Origin: a virus | DNA length: 20,217 nucleotides | UHGV virus genome: UHGV-1888586 | Reading direction: 5' to 3' (one strand) | Shown: positions 5,912 through 17,731 of the stretch, piece after piece | Position numbering within the stretch: the first letter of the stretch is position 1 | Layout: the number at the start of each line of letters is the position of its first letter | The notes under the pieces: model-generated | The model's input: only the letters and a program-made list of their open reading frames with translations | Database searches by the model: none | What the model was told of the DNA's origin: nothing | Made by a program: the position numbers and the translations under genes

Positions 5912-7909
5912 CTATTCTGACAACGCATCAGACTTAGCCCCCTGCGTCAGAGCGTTAATTGCCTTTTGTGCCTGCTGCATTGCTTTCTCAAAGGCTGTTG
6001 ATCCGCGTGGGGTGTTTGCCATTCGGAGCATTGCATTTCTGAATGGCTCGCTCTCATATGCGCGAGTAAGAAGTCCGTAGCTTACTGCTGCGCCAGTTGT
6101 CGCCGGGTTCATTGCTGTCCCATATCCGATAATGAACGGGATGGTTTGCTGCCCTGTTGGTGTTGTTACTGCCGCTTTTGCAGCCTGCTGCGTGGATTGC
6201 AGGTAGTTTTTCAATCCTTTCAGATAAGCAGCGTCCTGCCCCTTAAATGTGATGCCAGTCTGGTTTTGCAGGATGTTAAGCTGTCGAAGGAACTGGTCAG
6301 GGGATCCTCCAGATTTCTCCATCGCCTTTCCAATGATGCCATTGCGCATTTGCGCCCTGCCAACACGACCAACTGAGTTATACAGCGTCTTAATTTCAGA
6401 TTTGTTCTTGCTGAATAGCATGTTGTTGACAACTTCCGGCGTCAGGTCGCCTTTCATGAGAACATTCTTCAGCCTGGTATTCTTTAGTTTCGCCGCTTCG
6501 TCAGCGTAGACGGCATTGGCCTGCTGATATTTACGGAGAGTATCGTTGCCAAGATTCTGACCAATGGCACCATTGATATCGTCTGTCATCGCCTTGTAAA
6601 CGCGCTGAATGGCGGCATCGGAACGGTTTGGTAACACTGGTCGCTCACCCTTCACGTCCATTCTGAACTGGCTGCGCAGATCGCTTAATTGCTTCAAATC
6701 CAGATTTACCGGACCATCAGGACCAGCATTGCGAACAAGCTCATCACGATAGGACTGAAGTTTTGAAATAGTCTCGTTATCGGCGACCTTACCAAGCTTC
6801 TGCAGGTTAGATATTTCTGTATCAATCTGCTGAATTGCTCGAGCAGGCTGGATATTGACTCCCGCCATTGCATTCTGAACCTGCTCAAGACGGTTCCCTG
6901 CAGCACGACGAATTCCTGATGTTTTCGCTTTAAGGCTGTCAATAACAACAGCTGGATCATACTCACCGAATTTATCAGCAAATCTCTGCACCAACTGGCT
7001 TCTCGCTTCCTGTTGCGTTGCTCTCATCCCGCTTGTGCCAGCCAGGGGGATATTTTCCGCTGTCGTCTGCGCCATTTTCCCGACGCGGGAAGTAGGCTGT
7101 AACAGGTCTGTGGTGTGCAGAGGAACTCCTTCACGCTCTGCAAATCTGATAGCCTGCTGCGCTTCTGGCGCAATAGCACCACGAACGCCACGATAAGCAG
7201 CACCTAACCCACGTCCGGCAGCGTTAATAGCACCGCCAGCCAGCACACCAACGCCTAAATCGGTAGCAAGTGCTTCCGCATCATCTTTCATACTGTTTGC
7301 AGCAAGTGATCCAACTGCGTTTTCTGCGAGAAGGCGAGTTGCCCCCTGAGCAATTCGACCAGCAAGTGTTGGTGCCTGTACCGCCGCTCTCTCAACGCCA
7401 GAAGGAGTGAGGTAAGGCAATGCCTCAGCAAATACCCTGCCCTCTGTAGTTTGTGGAGTCAGCGCGCCTTGCTGAAGGCCAAAGTCCTGCTCTAATCCCT
7501 GCGTTGTTACTCGTGGCGCTGGTTGATATGTACCATCACCAATGCCGAGTTTACCGCCAGCCCAAGCCGCCGCACTTGTTACAGCATCGGCAACTGATGC
7601 AGGTATGTTTGCCACGTTCACGCCAGCCTGCACCAGTCCGCGACCAGTCTCTCTTACTGCTTCGCCAAGATCAGACATAAATCCACTTTGCTGTGGTTGT
7701 TGCTGTGCTAATGGTTGTTGTGTCTCCACTGGCTGCACAGATGGCAATGGATAGGCAGCATAGAAAGCTTGCTTAGCCTGCTCTGCATTTTCTCCGGCTT
7801 GCGGGGCCACGACTTCATTGAAGTATTGCTCCTGAGCCTGCGCTTTTTGTTCTGGTGCTAACGCCTGATACTGTGGAGAGGCGATAACATCTTTCCATGC
7901 TTTAGCCAT
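5912..7909 (-). CDS. Ejection (DNA transfer) protein, P22 gp16-like
   Basis: 665 aa, last gene of the 7-20-16 ejection trio, Gln/Ala-rich composition; start codon overlaps the gp20-like stop. Called mainly on synteny and size (P22 gp16 about 609 aa). Confidence 0.75.
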   Translation of the reverse strand: MAKAWKDVIASPQYQALAPEQKAQAQEQYFNEVVAPQAGENAEQAKQAFYAAYPLPSVQPVETQQPLAQQQPQQSGFMSDLGEAVRETGRGLVQAGVNVANIPASVADAVTSAAAWAGGKLGIGDGTYQPAPRVTTQGLEQDFGLQQGALTPQTTEGRVFAEALPYLTPSGVERAAVQAPTLAGRIAQGATRLLAENAVGSLAANSMKDDAEALATDLGVGVLAGGAINAAGRGLGAAYRGVRGAIAPEAQQAIRFAEREGVPLHTTDLLQPTSRVGKMAQTTAENIPLAGTSGMRATQQEARSQLVQRFADKFGEYDPAVVIDSLKAKTSGIRRAAGNRLEQVQNAMAGVNIQPARAIQQIDTEISNLQKLGKVADNETISKLQSYRDELVRNAGPDGPVNLDLKQLSDLRSQFRMDVKGERPVLPNRSDAAIQRVYKAMTDDINGAIGQNLGNDTLRKYQQANAVYADEAAKLKNTRLKNVLMKGDLTPEVVNNMLFSKNKSEIKTLYNSVGRVGRAQMRNGIIGKAMEKSGGSPDQFLRQLNILQNQTGITFKGQDAAYLKGLKNYLQSTQQAAKAAVTTPTGQQTIPFIIGYGTAMNPATTGAAVSYGLLTRAYESEPFRNAMLRMANTPRGSTAFEKAMQQAQKAINALTQGAKSDALSE

Positions 7910-9297
7910 TAATCACCCCATAGTGAAGAAAAGTTACTGCTGGCTGCTGGCTGTGATACCTGTGCAGGTTGAGATTGCTTCCGCTGAGATTTACCAACAT
8001 TAACGTTATATTGTTGGTTGTAATTGTTGGTGTATTCCTGAATTTCACGAATCGACTGCTGCATAGCCTCCGGGCTTGAATAGTCAACCTGCGGCATCCC
8101 CTGAAAATACATCTTCGCTTCTGCAACGGTGTTAATACCACTGGCACCCATGTCCCTTGCTGCCGCCACGCCCTGATTCTGCATTCTTCCCTGAATACGT
8201 TGTGCTGAGTTATATAACTGGCGCTGCTCTTTTCCTGTTAATCGGCTGCGAACATCAGCACCAATTGCCGGGTTACCTGCACCGCCGGTCATTCCTGTCA
8301 TGAAATCGAGAGCAGAAGCGTCTGCATTTGCGATCGCGTCGATATCCTTCTTCATGGCATAGTTTTGCGCTGATGCAGACGATGTTGCAGGCGCTGCGAT
8401 TGAACTGGCAGGAACGCGAACCATATTCCCCTCGTTGTCGATGCCTTCGTAGAACGCATTAGCCCCAGCGCCGTGAAGCTTCCCGCCTACCGTTACAGTT
8501 CTGCCATCTGATAACTGAACTGTACGCTCGTCATTCCCAGCGGTTCCTCTTGTTGACGCTCGCTGCATTGCCAAATCCTGCCCGCGTCGCGCAGTAGAAG
8601 CAGATAAATCCTGACCGCGCATCGTGATGTTTTGACCTCGTGCTGTTAGCGCCTCTCCGGCCTGATTGCTGCGGATTGTCTCTGCCAGTCTGCCTCTGTC
8701 AATCTCACGACCAGCCATCTTGTCCTGAACATTGAAGTAATCAATCGGACCAAGAGCAGCCATTCCGAGGTGATCAACAAACTCACCAAATCCTGAAGGA
8801 TTCTGCTGATACATCTGAGCAACGTTGTTAGGGTCAACGCCGACGCGCGCCAGTTCCTTGGCGTTGTTTTGCAGCCATGATTGCATTGCTTCTGGAGACG
8901 AGGCCGCAAGGCGTGCGCCAGCTGCTAAGGTGCCGATAGAATTACGCTGCTCTTCATCAATGAATCCCATGCCTTTACGAACGGATTCAATCTGGTCTGG
9001 ATATTGAGTAGCCAACTGACGCAAAGCACCGCGATCACCAGACGCATAAGCATTAGCGTATGCCTGCTGAAATTCTTTCTGCCGCTGAGCCTGCTTTTCC
9101 TGCTGAAACACCCCTGCAATACCTGAAAGACCTTGCAAAGCAGTCAGCCCAACATTGTTAGCGCCTGAACGCTCAATATCATTGTTCTGCCTGATAAGCT
9201 GAAGCGTATTGCCGATGTCATTTACGCTCGGAGCGTTTGAGTTGACGCCGCCGATACCAGCCAACAATCCACCATTTGATCCTTGCCAAGTAGCCAT
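7909..9297 (-). CDS. Ejection protein, P22 gp20-like
   Basis: 462 aa between the gp7-like and gp16-like genes (P22 gp20 is about 471 aa); called on synteny and composition. Confidence 0.75.
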   Translation of the reverse strand: MATWQGSNGGLLAGIGGVNSNAPSVNDIGNTLQLIRQNNDIERSGANNVGLTALQGLSGIAGVFQQEKQAQRQKEFQQAYANAYASGDRGALRQLATQYPDQIESVRKGMGFIDEEQRNSIGTLAAGARLAASSPEAMQSWLQNNAKELARVGVDPNNVAQMYQQNPSGFGEFVDHLGMAALGPIDYFNVQDKMAGREIDRGRLAETIRSNQAGEALTARGQNITMRGQDLSASTARRGQDLAMQRASTRGTAGNDERTVQLSDGRTVTVGGKLHGAGANAFYEGIDNEGNMVRVPASSIAAPATSSASAQNYAMKKDIDAIANADASALDFMTGMTGGAGNPAIGADVRSRLTGKEQRQLYNSAQRIQGRMQNQGVAAARDMGASGINTVAEAKMYFQGMPQVDYSSPEAMQQSIREIQEYTNNYNQQYNVNVGKSQRKQSQPAQVSQPAASSNFSSLWGD

Positions 9298-9306
9298 GAT
9301 TACCCC

Positions 9307-9999
9307 TTAAAACAACGAGCCAAGCAATCCGATACCAGCACCAATGCCAGCGCCCCAAGGTGTTGATGTTCCCAAAAGGCTGGCAAGACCTGCACCGGCA
9401 ATCGCACCAGACGTTCCGCCACTAATTGCTGTCTGAAGACTTGATGGTTTATTGGCATTAGCAGCGGCAAGAGCTGCGCTTTGCTGTGCAATGCTGCTCA
9501 TGTTGTTGGCGTACGTCTGCCCGGCGTTTGCCTGACCTTGCAGCGCACCAAGCCCAACGTTTGCCAGATTGTTGTAATTGCTCATCTGATTTGATAACCA
9601 AGACTGACCGAGAGTCGGCGCGATCGTAGCCAGTTGATTGCTTGTGGCTGTCGAACCAAGTCCTCCCGTAGCCTCCGCAGCAGCAAGACTCTGGTAACGA
9701 GCCTGACCTGCAAGGTCTTTATACTGCTGAGAGTTGTAATACTGATTAAGTGCCTGCCCCTGACCTTCTAAACTGGAAAGGTTCTGAAGCTGGTTAACAT
9801 ACTGCTCCGCAAGAGGCGTGAACGGAGCAAGGTTTTTCATGATCGTCTGCCACTGCTGATTTTGCAGGTCTGCGGCATACTTCTGAGCTTCTGCTGCATA
9901 CTTTGCGCTTTTATCAGAGCTACCACCTTTCCCGCCTTTTTCATGGCACCAAGGTTCCTCGCCGCGCAGTTTTCTGCCCAGCTTAAATGCATATAACAT
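9307..9999 (-). CDS. Ejection protein, P22 gp7-like
   Basis: 230 aa with N-terminal MLYAF.LGRKLRGEEP and a Gly/Ala-rich C-terminus (GAGIGAGIGLLGSLF) typical of P22 gp7 (about 229 aa). Confidence 0.82.
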   Translation of the reverse strand: MLYAFKLGRKLRGEEPWCHEKGGKGGSSDKSAKYAAEAQKYAADLQNQQWQTIMKNLAPFTPLAEQYVNQLQNLSSLEGQGQALNQYYNSQQYKDLAGQARYQSLAAAEATGGLGSTATSNQLATIAPTLGQSWLSNQMSNYNNLANVGLGALQGQANAGQTYANNMSSIAQQSAALAAANANKPSSLQTAISGGTSGAIAGAGLASLLGTSTPWGAGIGAGIGLLGSLF

Positions 10000-10001
10000 G
10001 G

Positions 10002-10457
10002 CTATCTCCCGTGATTCAGGAAGTCGATTAGTTCTTCGCGTGTGGCGCTGTAAAAAGTCACGTCATCCACGCCTTTGAAGTATTTCTTGATGGTCCCTAC
10101 ACGCTTAAGGCCAATCATTGCGCAGTACATCTGCCCGTGGCGGAATTTGCGTGCAGCGAACGATGTGACACACTGAACGGTGGTGTTAGTCAGAATGTAT
10201 CGCCAGAACGCCAGCCCGATTTCCTTGCTGAATCCACGAACCTCTGGCAGGTACATGGCGTGGCAATCGAATGTCAGCGGCTGAATCTCCTGATAGTAAA
10301 CAATGCCGCCGAACTGCCCGTGCACGTTCACCTCAAAGTAACGGCATTCAGGCTTGTAGTCGTATCCATCACCGTTGTTGCTCCCGGCAATAATGTCAGG
10401 GTGATTTCCGACAGCTTCGATCAGGTCGATGTTTCGCGTTGGTTTGAATGTAATCAT
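10002..10457 (-). CDS. P22 gp14-like protein (head/ejection-associated)
   Basis: 151 aa in the gene-14 slot between the tail needle and gp7 genes; start overlaps the gp26-like stop (TGATG). Called by position; the sequence is not individually recognised. Confidence 0.6.
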   Translation of the reverse strand: MITFKPTRNIDLIEAVGNHPDIIAGSNNGDGYDYKPECRYFEVNVHGQFGGIVYYQEIQPLTFDCHAMYLPEVRGFSKEIGLAFWRYILTNTTVQCVTSFAARKFRHGQMYCAMIGLKRVGTIKKYFKGVDDVTFYSATREELIDFLNHGR

Positions 10458-11158
10458 CAGTCAATCAGCCCATGTAATCTAAGTGCTGTTTCAAGCGCCA
10501 GAATACGCTGCCGCGCCTGCTGCAAACCTGTAGCGAGAGCTGCGACTTCGGATTGTGTGTACGTAGTGCCGACCGTGTATGACTGGTTAGCGTTGAATGA
10601 GCCAAGAAGAGGTGTACCTGTGGCTGCAGTCCATCCGGTATTTCTTGCTCCAACAACCTGAATTCCATCAACTGAATATGATGTTTTTACATCCAGCGGT
10701 GACGCAAGAGACTGTGATTCTGTTACGGTTTTCGATACGTAATCACTCTTAATGCCAGAGACATCGTTTTCTACGTCATCCAGTCTTTGGTCAACAGTGA
10801 CCAGATGCCCCTGAATATCGATAACCTCATCCAGCAAGTAATCAACATCGCTACGCAGTACGACTATCTTCCCTTCGGCGGTTGTTAACCTGACCTCAAG
10901 GAGATTTATCGCTTTTGTGTTTGCGGTGATTCTTGAATTGTGATCTGCCAGTTCGACGTCCTGTTCATCGTTTTTTACCTGGGCATCGTAAGCGCCCTGA
11001 CCAGCCTGATTTGCCTTCCCGGCAATTGCACCGACATCAGCTCCCTGATTTATGACATACAGCAGGTAAGACTGGCTGAATATATTGCGTGGCAAAATTG
11101 AAGCATCAAGGCGCGTAGCATGAACCACGACAGGATCATTCAGTGATGAATCAGCCAT
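10457..11158 (-). CDS. Tail needle / plug protein, P22 gp26-like
   Basis: 233 aa, the same length as P22 gp26. N-terminal [25 protein letters not shown]...[22 protein letters not shown] and C-terminal ALE.ALR.HGLID match the P22 needle. Confidence 0.9.
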   Translation of the reverse strand: MADSSLNDPVVVHATRLDASILPRNIFSQSYLLYVINQGADVGAIAGKANQAGQGAYDAQVKNDEQDVELADHNSRITANTKAINLLEVRLTTAEGKIVVLRSDVDYLLDEVIDIQGHLVTVDQRLDDVENDVSGIKSDYVSKTVTESQSLASPLDVKTSYSVDGIQVVGARNTGWTAATGTPLLGSFNANQSYTVGTTYTQSEVAALATGLQQARQRILALETALRLHGLID

Positions 11159-12576
11159 TACTCAATCCTTATCTGGCAGCCAGACAGAGTGACAGGTGAC
11201 TTCGTGATAACGCGCAATTTGAAGCCGACATTTTTCCTGATGCGCCCTACTCGCTTCCACAAAACGCGTTTGTCGTAAACGAACGGTTCATTCTGCTCAA
11301 TCATCTGCTCACGTCCGTAATTGATGCCGTCAGTGGTTGCAGAGAGGAACAGGCGGTCAGCGTACTGCGCAACTCCAGTTGACGATTCAACTTCAAGGTC
11401 GAAAACTCTGGCGTTATTCGCTTTGAACAACGGAGTAAACAGCAGGTGCTCCTGTTGCTTGTCGTACTGGCTGCTGATATCGAACTGCAATTTCCCGGTA
11501 ACCGATTCCAGCTTATCGCCGCACGTTATCTGATTGCCTTCGTAAATGAAGTCGATAGCGCGGTACACATCGTCATACAAGCCAGTTTTCAGCACACACC
11601 ATTGCGGACCATTGGCGCTTGAAGATGCGTCGTACACAAGGACGTGACGCGGAAGATGGATAATCAGCAACTCATGCGCATCAAATCGCAAAGACTCCAT
11701 CACACCATCAGCCAGTTCATCAGCAGTGTAGGAGCGGAGTATTTTCTCAATGCTCGCGCTGGCGATTGGTGACACCTGACCGGAGCCGATGATGTATACA
11801 GATGGCGCACCAGTTGCCGGATTGCTGATAAACGCATACGAATCAGCGAATGGCGTTTTGCAGTAAGTTCCGGCAATGCCTTTCTGCACCATCAGCGATG
11901 GTTGTGCAACATACAAAGCGGCACCAACGGTGGTTGCACCTGTCAGGGAAAAATATTCAATAGTCGATGAACCAAAGCAGACAATGAAGTCTCGCCATGT
12001 TCCGATTCCGATGATTCCGTCCGGCTGCGATTCTGCCCGATATTGTGCGCTGTAGCGGTCAGGATGCGATTCGTCTCCAAGGTCAGTGATAAACCATGAA
12101 TCAGTTCCGTCTTTTGACCACGCATAACGCCCACGTAAGCGCGTAATGTCGCGAACCGAACCTAACTCATACTGCGTGAATCCGCTGTCTGTAGGCCAGT
12201 TTGAGACGGTTTTAACCGTGCCATCATAACGATACTCTACCAGTTGACCATTAACGCCTACAGCCTGAGATGTCCGACCATGCGCCATTGATACACGACC
12301 ACTTCCAGCGACGTCACCGACTTCGCTTTCGCCTTTGTAGAGCTTGCCGCCACACACGCGATAAACAGCACTCTGCGCCATGTTGTACTCGACGCCGCGA
12401 GATACACCATTCACATCAGAACGTTTGGCAATGCCCGGGAATGAGCGAAGATATCCGCTGCTGTTGAGGATTTCTTTGGGTGTAGCCAGCATATTCACTG
12501 GAAGATAGTCGATATAGTCGGCGTTTCGAAAGTCTTTGCCGACACCTTTCATAAGCGGAAGTTGCTGAATCGGCAT
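11158..12576 (-). CDS. Head completion / tail accessory protein, P22 gp10-like
   Basis: 472 aa, the same length as P22 gp10, in the conserved 4-10-26 order; start overlaps the gp4-like stop. Confidence 0.82.
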   Translation of the reverse strand: MPIQQLPLMKGVGKDFRNADYIDYLPVNMLATPKEILNSSGYLRSFPGIAKRSDVNGVSRGVEYNMAQSAVYRVCGGKLYKGESEVGDVAGSGRVSMAHGRTSQAVGVNGQLVEYRYDGTVKTVSNWPTDSGFTQYELGSVRDITRLRGRYAWSKDGTDSWFITDLGDESHPDRYSAQYRAESQPDGIIGIGTWRDFIVCFGSSTIEYFSLTGATTVGAALYVAQPSLMVQKGIAGTYCKTPFADSYAFISNPATGAPSVYIIGSGQVSPIASASIEKILRSYTADELADGVMESLRFDAHELLIIHLPRHVLVYDASSSANGPQWCVLKTGLYDDVYRAIDFIYEGNQITCGDKLESVTGKLQFDISSQYDKQQEHLLFTPLFKANNARVFDLEVESSTGVAQYADRLFLSATTDGINYGREQMIEQNEPFVYDKRVLWKRVGRIRKNVGFKLRVITKSPVTLSGCQIRIE

Positions 12577-13076
12577 TATTCGCTCCCGTTATCGCAAGGT
12601 TCCTTTCGGTGGAAGTAATTCCAACCGTTCCACTTCGCCAACTGGTTACCGCTACCAACAGGCATACGGTTTGGATAACCGGACTTACATTTAGCGGCTT
12701 TTGCTCTGTCCATTGCAGACAGTTTGACGAGTCGCTCTTTCCCGTATCTGGCAGTGGTTATAAGTTTTGCAGGCGCTTCCAGCGCATAATCCGGTGCAAT
12801 GCGGCAGGCAAGGTTGAAAATAACAGCATTGATAGCGTTATTTGATAAACCGTGCTCATCGCCCGGATCCGGAGCAACATCTGCATCAGCAAAAATGTAG
12901 CCAACGTTGATACCAGGTGACGCATCACCGCCAAGCCATTCAGCCATCATCATTTCAAGGTCGTTGACGCCGTCTTCCATAGACTGCGGTTCGACATCTG
13001 TTAACGTGGCATTTGATGCCACACCGAGCTTACGTAATGCCGCAAGAACTAAATCACCCTTCGTTGTCAGGTTCAT
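12576..13076 (-). CDS. Head completion / tail accessory protein, P22 gp4-like
   Basis: 166 aa from the internal ATG at 13076 ([33 protein letters not shown]...); the track ORF extends upstream to 13163. Matches P22 gp4 in sequence and length; the upstream extension overlaps the preceding small ORF and is rejected. Confidence 0.85.
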   Translation of the reverse strand: MNLTTKGDLVLAALRKLGVASNATLTDVEPQSMEDGVNDLEMMMAEWLGGDASPGINVGYIFADADVAPDPGDEHGLSNNAINAVIFNLACRIAPDYALEAPAKLITTARYGKERLVKLSAMDRAKAAKCKSGYPNRMPVGSGNQLAKWNGWNYFHRKEPCDNGSE

Positions 13077-13302
13077 CTGCTGCCGCCTTAGGTTTTCTAC
13101 CAGGCTTTTTACGCTGTTTTTCTTCCGGCTCTGGCTCTGGCTCTGGCTCTGGCTCTGCAACATCCTTCAGAAGATCATCAGGATGTGCAAACCAGCCAGC
13201 ATCCAGATATTCCTGAAGCTCTTCGGCTTTCACGATTTCAAAGTCGTATCCAACGCCTTTCCATTTCTTCATGTCGCCATGACGAAAGATCATGTGTGTC
13301 AT
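13054..13302 (-). CDS. Small protein with an (EP)5 repeat and a basic C-terminal tail, between coat and gene 4
   Basis: 82 aa from the ATG at 13302 with GGAGA 5 nt upstream ([82 protein letters not shown]). The track ORF extends upstream into the coat gene. The 3' end overlaps the gp4 start by 23 nt in another frame. A small hypothetical gene is recalled at this position in Sf6-type genomes; this is unverified. Confidence 0.55.
   Translation of the reverse strand: MTHMIFRHGDMKKWKGVGYDFEIVKAEELQEYLDAGWFAHPDDLLKDVAEPEPEPEPEPEEKQRKKPGRKPKAAADEPDNEG
13128..13157. repeat. Perfect hexanucleotide tandem repeat (GGCTCT)5 encoding (EP)5
   Basis: Five uninterrupted GGCTCT units on the plus strand, read as GAGCCA (Glu-Pro) on the coding minus strand. 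The unit length is a multiple of 3, so copy-number change would alter linker length but not frame. Confidence 0.95.
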
Positions 13303-13314
13303 GCTTGTCTCCAG

Positions 13315-13338
13315 ATAAAAAGGGAGCCGAAGCTCCCT
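13315..13338 (-). terminator. Intrinsic terminator-like hairpin immediately downstream of the coat gene
   Basis: On the minus-strand transcript: AGGGAGC-UUCG-GCUCCCU (7-bp GC-rich stem, UUCG tetraloop; plus-strand 13321-13338) followed by UUUUAU (plus-strand 13315-13320). It starts 8 nt after the coat stop and is directly followed by the RBS of the next ORF. Confidence 0.6.
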
Positions 13339-13345
13339 CTGGTTA

Positions 13346-14641
13346 TCACGCGGTCTGATTAGGCAGACCAACACCAATTGCCTCTGGTCGTACAGCACAT
13401 GCTGAATACCACACAGCAATACGGCACTTACCAGACAGAGTGTTGATATCACCCTGCGTTGCGAAGATGCCGTTAACACCAATACCAGGAATGCTGAAGG
13501 AAGACGTTTTCATGCCAGCAAACAGTTCATGGGTTACCGGGATCGGCTGAGACAGCAGACGGATTGAGTCATCAGCCCAGAACACGTTAGCGGTGGTTGT
13601 TGCCACGTTCAGAACGTTTACCGGAGTGGTATCAGCAAGAGAGGTGTTTACGTTAGCGTAAGCCTTCTCTTCTTTTGTCAGTGACGCGTCATCCAGCGCA
13701 ATCGGCTTCGGCGTGATTTCGATGTGAGTACTATCGATCACACGGGTGATTGAGAAAGTTGCATCATCAGTCAGCACGTTCTTCGCCATCTGAGACAGGA
13801 ATTTCACACCAGTGAAACTGATTTTGTCGCCGCGCTTAAATCCGGTGGTGGAGGATACGGTCACCGTTGCAACACGGTTGTCGACGTTCTCTTTGTTACC
13901 ATCGGTATCAAGGGTGTATGCCTGCGGCTTAAACTTCTGCGCACCAGAAACAGTTACACCAGTAGCGGTTGACTTGGTAACTGCCGGAAGTTTCGGTGAG
14001 CGAAGAATTTCATCAAAGCCAGCAATCTGACGCTGAATAGTACCGTTGTGATACGCGTCTTCAGGAACGCGCCCAAAGATGTCACCATCTACCAGGTTGC
14101 GGCCTGCTTTGCGGTAATCGTCAGGGTTCAGGAAGTAACTGATGCCCATATCGCGGTTTAGCTCACGGGAGAACATCAGGCGCTCTGCATCAGACACAAA
14201 ATCCCAGCCAGACAGGCCAGTAGATGGACCAATTGCGCGGGTATCGTGAACAACAAGTGAGCCCATTTCGGTTGCCTGTTTGGCAATTGCTGACTCAATG
14301 TTATTCGCCAGTTTTTTGGCGGATGCCTGGATGCGGCGACGGTAAGAACGCTCATCACGCAGGTCATCTGCACGAAGCTCGAAGAAATCGTTATCCGGAT
14401 CGCCCATGTTGCATTTCACGGAGAGTTCCAGAATCCCGGTTGCGTTGCCAGTTAAATCCCAGCCAGTCTGGGTTGGCGCTTCCTGCTCAACAGGCATCCA
14501 CACGGTGTTGCTTGAACGTTGCATGGATTCTGCCGGAGGGGTGTATTTTGTCACTTTGGACGCCATTGGCGTCAGGTTCTGGACGGTTTCGATGATTTCA
14601 TCCAGAGCATACGTGACCAGTTGACCTTCATTTAATGCCAT
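13346..14641 (-). CDS. Major capsid (coat) protein, P22 gp5-like (HK97-fold)
   Basis: 431 aa; the N-terminus and most of the length closely match P22 coat protein ([52 protein letters not shown]). ATG overlaps the scaffold stop (TAATG). Confidence 0.95.
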   Translation of the reverse strand: MALNEGQLVTYALDEIIETVQNLTPMASKVTKYTPPAESMQRSSNTVWMPVEQEAPTQTGWDLTGNATGILELSVKCNMGDPDNDFFELRADDLRDERSYRRRIQASAKKLANNIESAIAKQATEMGSLVVHDTRAIGPSTGLSGWDFVSDAERLMFSRELNRDMGISYFLNPDDYRKAGRNLVDGDIFGRVPEDAYHNGTIQRQIAGFDEILRSPKLPAVTKSTATGVTVSGAQKFKPQAYTLDTDGNKENVDNRVATVTVSSTTGFKRGDKISFTGVKFLSQMAKNVLTDDATFSITRVIDSTHIEITPKPIALDDASLTKEEKAYANVNTSLADTTPVNVLNVATTTANVFWADDSIRLLSQPIPVTHELFAGMKTSSFSIPGIGVNGIFATQGDINTLSGKCRIAVWYSACAVRPEAIGVGLPNQTA

Positions 14642-15552
14642 TATCGAATTCCTTTATTCAGTTGCGCCTTGAGCTTGCGGTACGTCTCTACATCCCCTTT
14701 GTTTGCTGCCGCTTCCATCTGCTTTTCAATCGCAGAGATATTTGCAGCAACAGCATGTCCCTGAATGGGTTCATCAGGTAACGGGGCTTCTGAAACAGGC
14801 TTGGCTCGAGGCTTGAGAGTTAAACGTTCTGACAGTCGAGTGAGTTCAATCAACGCGGATTGCCCGTCCATCGCCAGCAACTGGCGTGTTTTCTCAGGAT
14901 TAGCACCAAGGTGATACATGAGAGCAGCGGATTTCTCCGGGAAGAGGCGCATGATGTCGGCACCGACTGCTGGCGGCACCAGTTGCATGAATGCATCCTC
15001 TTTCTCCTGATAGTCAGGGATATTGAGCTTTTCCGCTGCGTCGTAGTGCTTACGGGCCGCCTCGACGTATTGCGCTGATTGCTGGGTGAACTCCTGAGTT
15101 TTGCGACCCTGCTCGGCGACAGCCTGGCTTCGTGCGTCCATAGCCTTGATCTGCCATTCACTGTTTGCCTGCTGGAAGGCAGCCAGTGCGCGGCTCTGGT
15201 CATAGTCGTACTTAGCCAGTGCGTCTTCGGAAAGATAATCGTTAGGGTCTGGTTGTTTTGGTAACTCAGGGTTCACCCGCAGGTGCTCCGGCAACTCTCC
15301 ACGCTTAACCGCTTCCATCTGCTGCTCAAGCTCACGCTGGCGTTTGCGTTCGATGCGGCGACGGGCAAATTCAGCATTAGTTGCCGGGTCTTGTTTTGGT
15401 TTCTCATCGTCTTTCAGGACAATCTCGAAGCCTTCTTCCTGACCTGCGTTGTCGTTGGCATTATCGACTACTAAGCCATCAGCAGATGCCGCTGCATGAT
15501 TGCTGGGCAGGGTTAATTCTTCAGAAGCCTGAATGTCGGTGGTTTGGTCCAT
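14641..15552 (-). CDS. Scaffolding protein, P22 gp8-like
   Basis: 303 aa, the same length as P22 gp8; acidic helical protein between the portal and coat genes. Confidence 0.85.
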   Translation of the reverse strand: MDQTTDIQASEELTLPSNHAAASADGLVVDNANDNAGQEEGFEIVLKDDEKPKQDPATNAEFARRRIERKRQRELEQQMEAVKRGELPEHLRVNPELPKQPDPNDYLSEDALAKYDYDQSRALAAFQQANSEWQIKAMDARSQAVAEQGRKTQEFTQQSAQYVEAARKHYDAAEKLNIPDYQEKEDAFMQLVPPAVGADIMRLFPEKSAALMYHLGANPEKTRQLLAMDGQSALIELTRLSERLTLKPRAKPVSEAPLPDEPIQGHAVAANISAIEKQMEAAANKGDVETYRKLKAQLNKGIR

Positions 15553-15565
15553 GATTAACTCTCTC

Positions 15566-17731
15566 TTATTGAGGTGTCTCGGCTACTCCGCCGGAGGGGA
15601 TTTGAACTTGACGCATAAGATTCGCGAAATCCATGCGTTGTGAATGAGTCTGGTCTGCATCTTTAAGAAGCAGCTCAGCGTTAGCACGAGCATCTTTGCT
15701 GCGCTGTTGCTGGAATTGACCTACGAGCTTGAGGTACTCACGCAGTTCTGCCTGCTTGTCGAGGTCCATATTGTTGAAGATTTCCGCAATCTTCGCGGCG
15801 TTGAGTTGGTTTTGTGCTTCAACCTTGGCAGCTTCAACCTGAATCTGCGCCTGTTGGTTCTCTGCCTTGAGCAATTCAGCCTGACCTTGCAGAAGGATGC
15901 CCTGCGCCTGAATTTGCTCTGCTGATGGCTGCTGCGGCTGCTGTTGTGCCTGCTGCACCATCTCCATCTCTTCAGGTGTTTCTGGTTTCTTCAGCCCCAT
16001 CATCACCAGTTGCTTGTTCGCGTACTCTCGCATCATCTCGACGCCTTTACCGTCAAGCAGCGTGAAGTATTGCAGCATCAGCATCTGGAACTCTGGAGTA
16101 CCTTGCGGAACCTTGGTGAGCAACTCCTGAATCTCTGCGCGGTTCTGTTCCTTCATACTCTGGAAGGATGGTCCGACGTCTGTATAGCACTCATAGCGAC
16201 CGCGAATGTCGTTGAGTGTGACCACATTGCCGGACTGGTAATCGACAACTTGCGCGTAGAGTTGAACGTCTTTCTCGCTTCCATCTTCAAGTGTCAGCGT
16301 TACATGACGAGGAACGTCATAAATATCGTTGACCATTGAGGCATAAATCTCGCCATCACGTCGCATTGCGGTAGCCAGGTTATCCTGAAACACGTATGTC
16401 TCAAGGTCTGCCCGCATGTTCAGTTGATTGACGGTATCGAAAGCGACCTGACCATTTGCCGCCTGCGCATCCACGCCAAGACTAGCCACCTCTTTCACTG
16501 CGTTGGTGGCAGCCTCAAGCATGTAAGCGTTGGCTTGCGGCACTTCAGGGTTTTCCATGTAGGAGATTGGACCAATCGGCAGGTCGTTACCGTTTTCATC
16601 GGTCTTGTTCTGCAGATAGTACGGATAGTCATCATTTCCACCGTACATGTATTCGTAGCCTTCGATTTGCTCAGGGAAGAAGGTCGGTTTCTTCTTCGGT
16701 GAACGAGCAACAATATCGGCGTTGAATGACATGATCATGTTACGAAGGCGTTGACCGTCTTTCGTCAGCCTTACCACTCCTTCGTAGCACTCCTTGTCAC
16801 CAGCGAATGACCATTCGCCGTACACAGGAACTATTGGGATATGCTCTCCGGCTATCTTCTCGCGGTCTTTCAGTATCTGCATGCAGGTGATGATCGACTT
16901 ATACACACGCCGACGCTTGACCTTACGCTCTGCTACCTTAATGAATCCACGATTAGCCAGGTCATCGATGACGTCTTTGATATCCTGCTGGTAATAGCTG
17001 ACCGGCTCACCTGTCAGCGGGTCGCGGTAGATGAAGACTTTCTCTTTCTTCTCTTCGACCTCGTAATACTCAGCGACGTAGACGACATCATTCGATACCC
17101 ACGGAAACAGCCATGTATCGTTCGGATTCTGGAAAGATGGCAAGGTGTCCGGATCAATACCGTAATCCTCTGCGAACTCTTTCCAGCCATTGCGCGACAA
17201 GGCGTTAATCACCGTGCAGTGCTTAGCGTCGCTCTTATCCATCTGCTTGCTGTTGGCGTCCCATATGACGTGTGAGCAGGCTTCATGGATTGGCAGGCGT
17301 CGGATTACCTGATTGTTGCTTGTTGGGTCGTTGTCTTCGTACTGGGTGACCAGACGCCATGCACCAACGCCGGACTCTATCTGCTCACGAACGCCAACGT
17401 TAACGGCAATCTTTGCCGTGTTATGGCGCATATCAGTACGATACATCCCCATCAACACATCGGCTGCATCAGGATTAGCGCCGTCTTTGGGTCGGAAGAG
17501 AACGTCGATAGGGTTCCGGCGCATCTCTGCGACCAGTTTCCTGACCACCGGGCGAACAACATCGAATTGTCCGCGATATTGCAGGGTGGTGTAGTTTGAT
17601 AGCCAGTCATCCCATTGCGACACTCGGCTAAAATACAGGTCATTTGTCGCCTCGGTTCTGGCTTCATCGCTCGCCATCCAGTCCGCGTCAAACTTACACA
17701 GAATGGAATTGAGTCTGTTTTCGTCGGCCAT
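15566..17731 (-). CDS. Portal protein, P22 gp1-like
   Basis: 721 aa; near-collinear match to the P22 portal ([44 protein letters not shown], and the C-terminal Gln-rich barrel region). Confidence 0.95.
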   Translation of the reverse strand: MADENRLNSILCKFDADWMASDEARTEATNDLYFSRVSQWDDWLSNYTTLQYRGQFDVVRPVVRKLVAEMRRNPIDVLFRPKDGANPDAADVLMGMYRTDMRHNTAKIAVNVGVREQIESGVGAWRLVTQYEDNDPTSNNQVIRRLPIHEACSHVIWDANSKQMDKSDAKHCTVINALSRNGWKEFAEDYGIDPDTLPSFQNPNDTWLFPWVSNDVVYVAEYYEVEEKKEKVFIYRDPLTGEPVSYYQQDIKDVIDDLANRGFIKVAERKVKRRRVYKSIITCMQILKDREKIAGEHIPIVPVYGEWSFAGDKECYEGVVRLTKDGQRLRNMIMSFNADIVARSPKKKPTFFPEQIEGYEYMYGGNDDYPYYLQNKTDENGNDLPIGPISYMENPEVPQANAYMLEAATNAVKEVASLGVDAQAANGQVAFDTVNQLNMRADLETYVFQDNLATAMRRDGEIYASMVNDIYDVPRHVTLTLEDGSEKDVQLYAQVVDYQSGNVVTLNDIRGRYECYTDVGPSFQSMKEQNRAEIQELLTKVPQGTPEFQMLMLQYFTLLDGKGVEMMREYANKQLVMMGLKKPETPEEMEMVQQAQQQPQQPSAEQIQAQGILLQGQAELLKAENQQAQIQVEAAKVEAQNQLNAAKIAEIFNNMDLDKQAELREYLKLVGQFQQQRSKDARANAELLLKDADQTHSQRMDFANLMRQVQIPSGGVAETPQ

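Noticed and set aside
10137-10661. Plus-strand ORFs embedded antisense in the virion operon (for example 10137-10661, 14224-14595, 15944-16339, 16841-17275, 17285-17599)
   Set aside because: Each lies entirely within a well-supported minus-strand structural gene and has no RBS or recognisable domain. Long antisense ORFs are expected in GC-balanced coding DNA.
13077-13163. Upstream extension of the gene-4 ORF ([15 protein letters not shown]...)
   Set aside because: It is the (GGCTCT)5 repeat read in another frame. The P22 gp4 alignment and length fit the internal start at 13076, and the extension overlaps the EP-repeat ORF.
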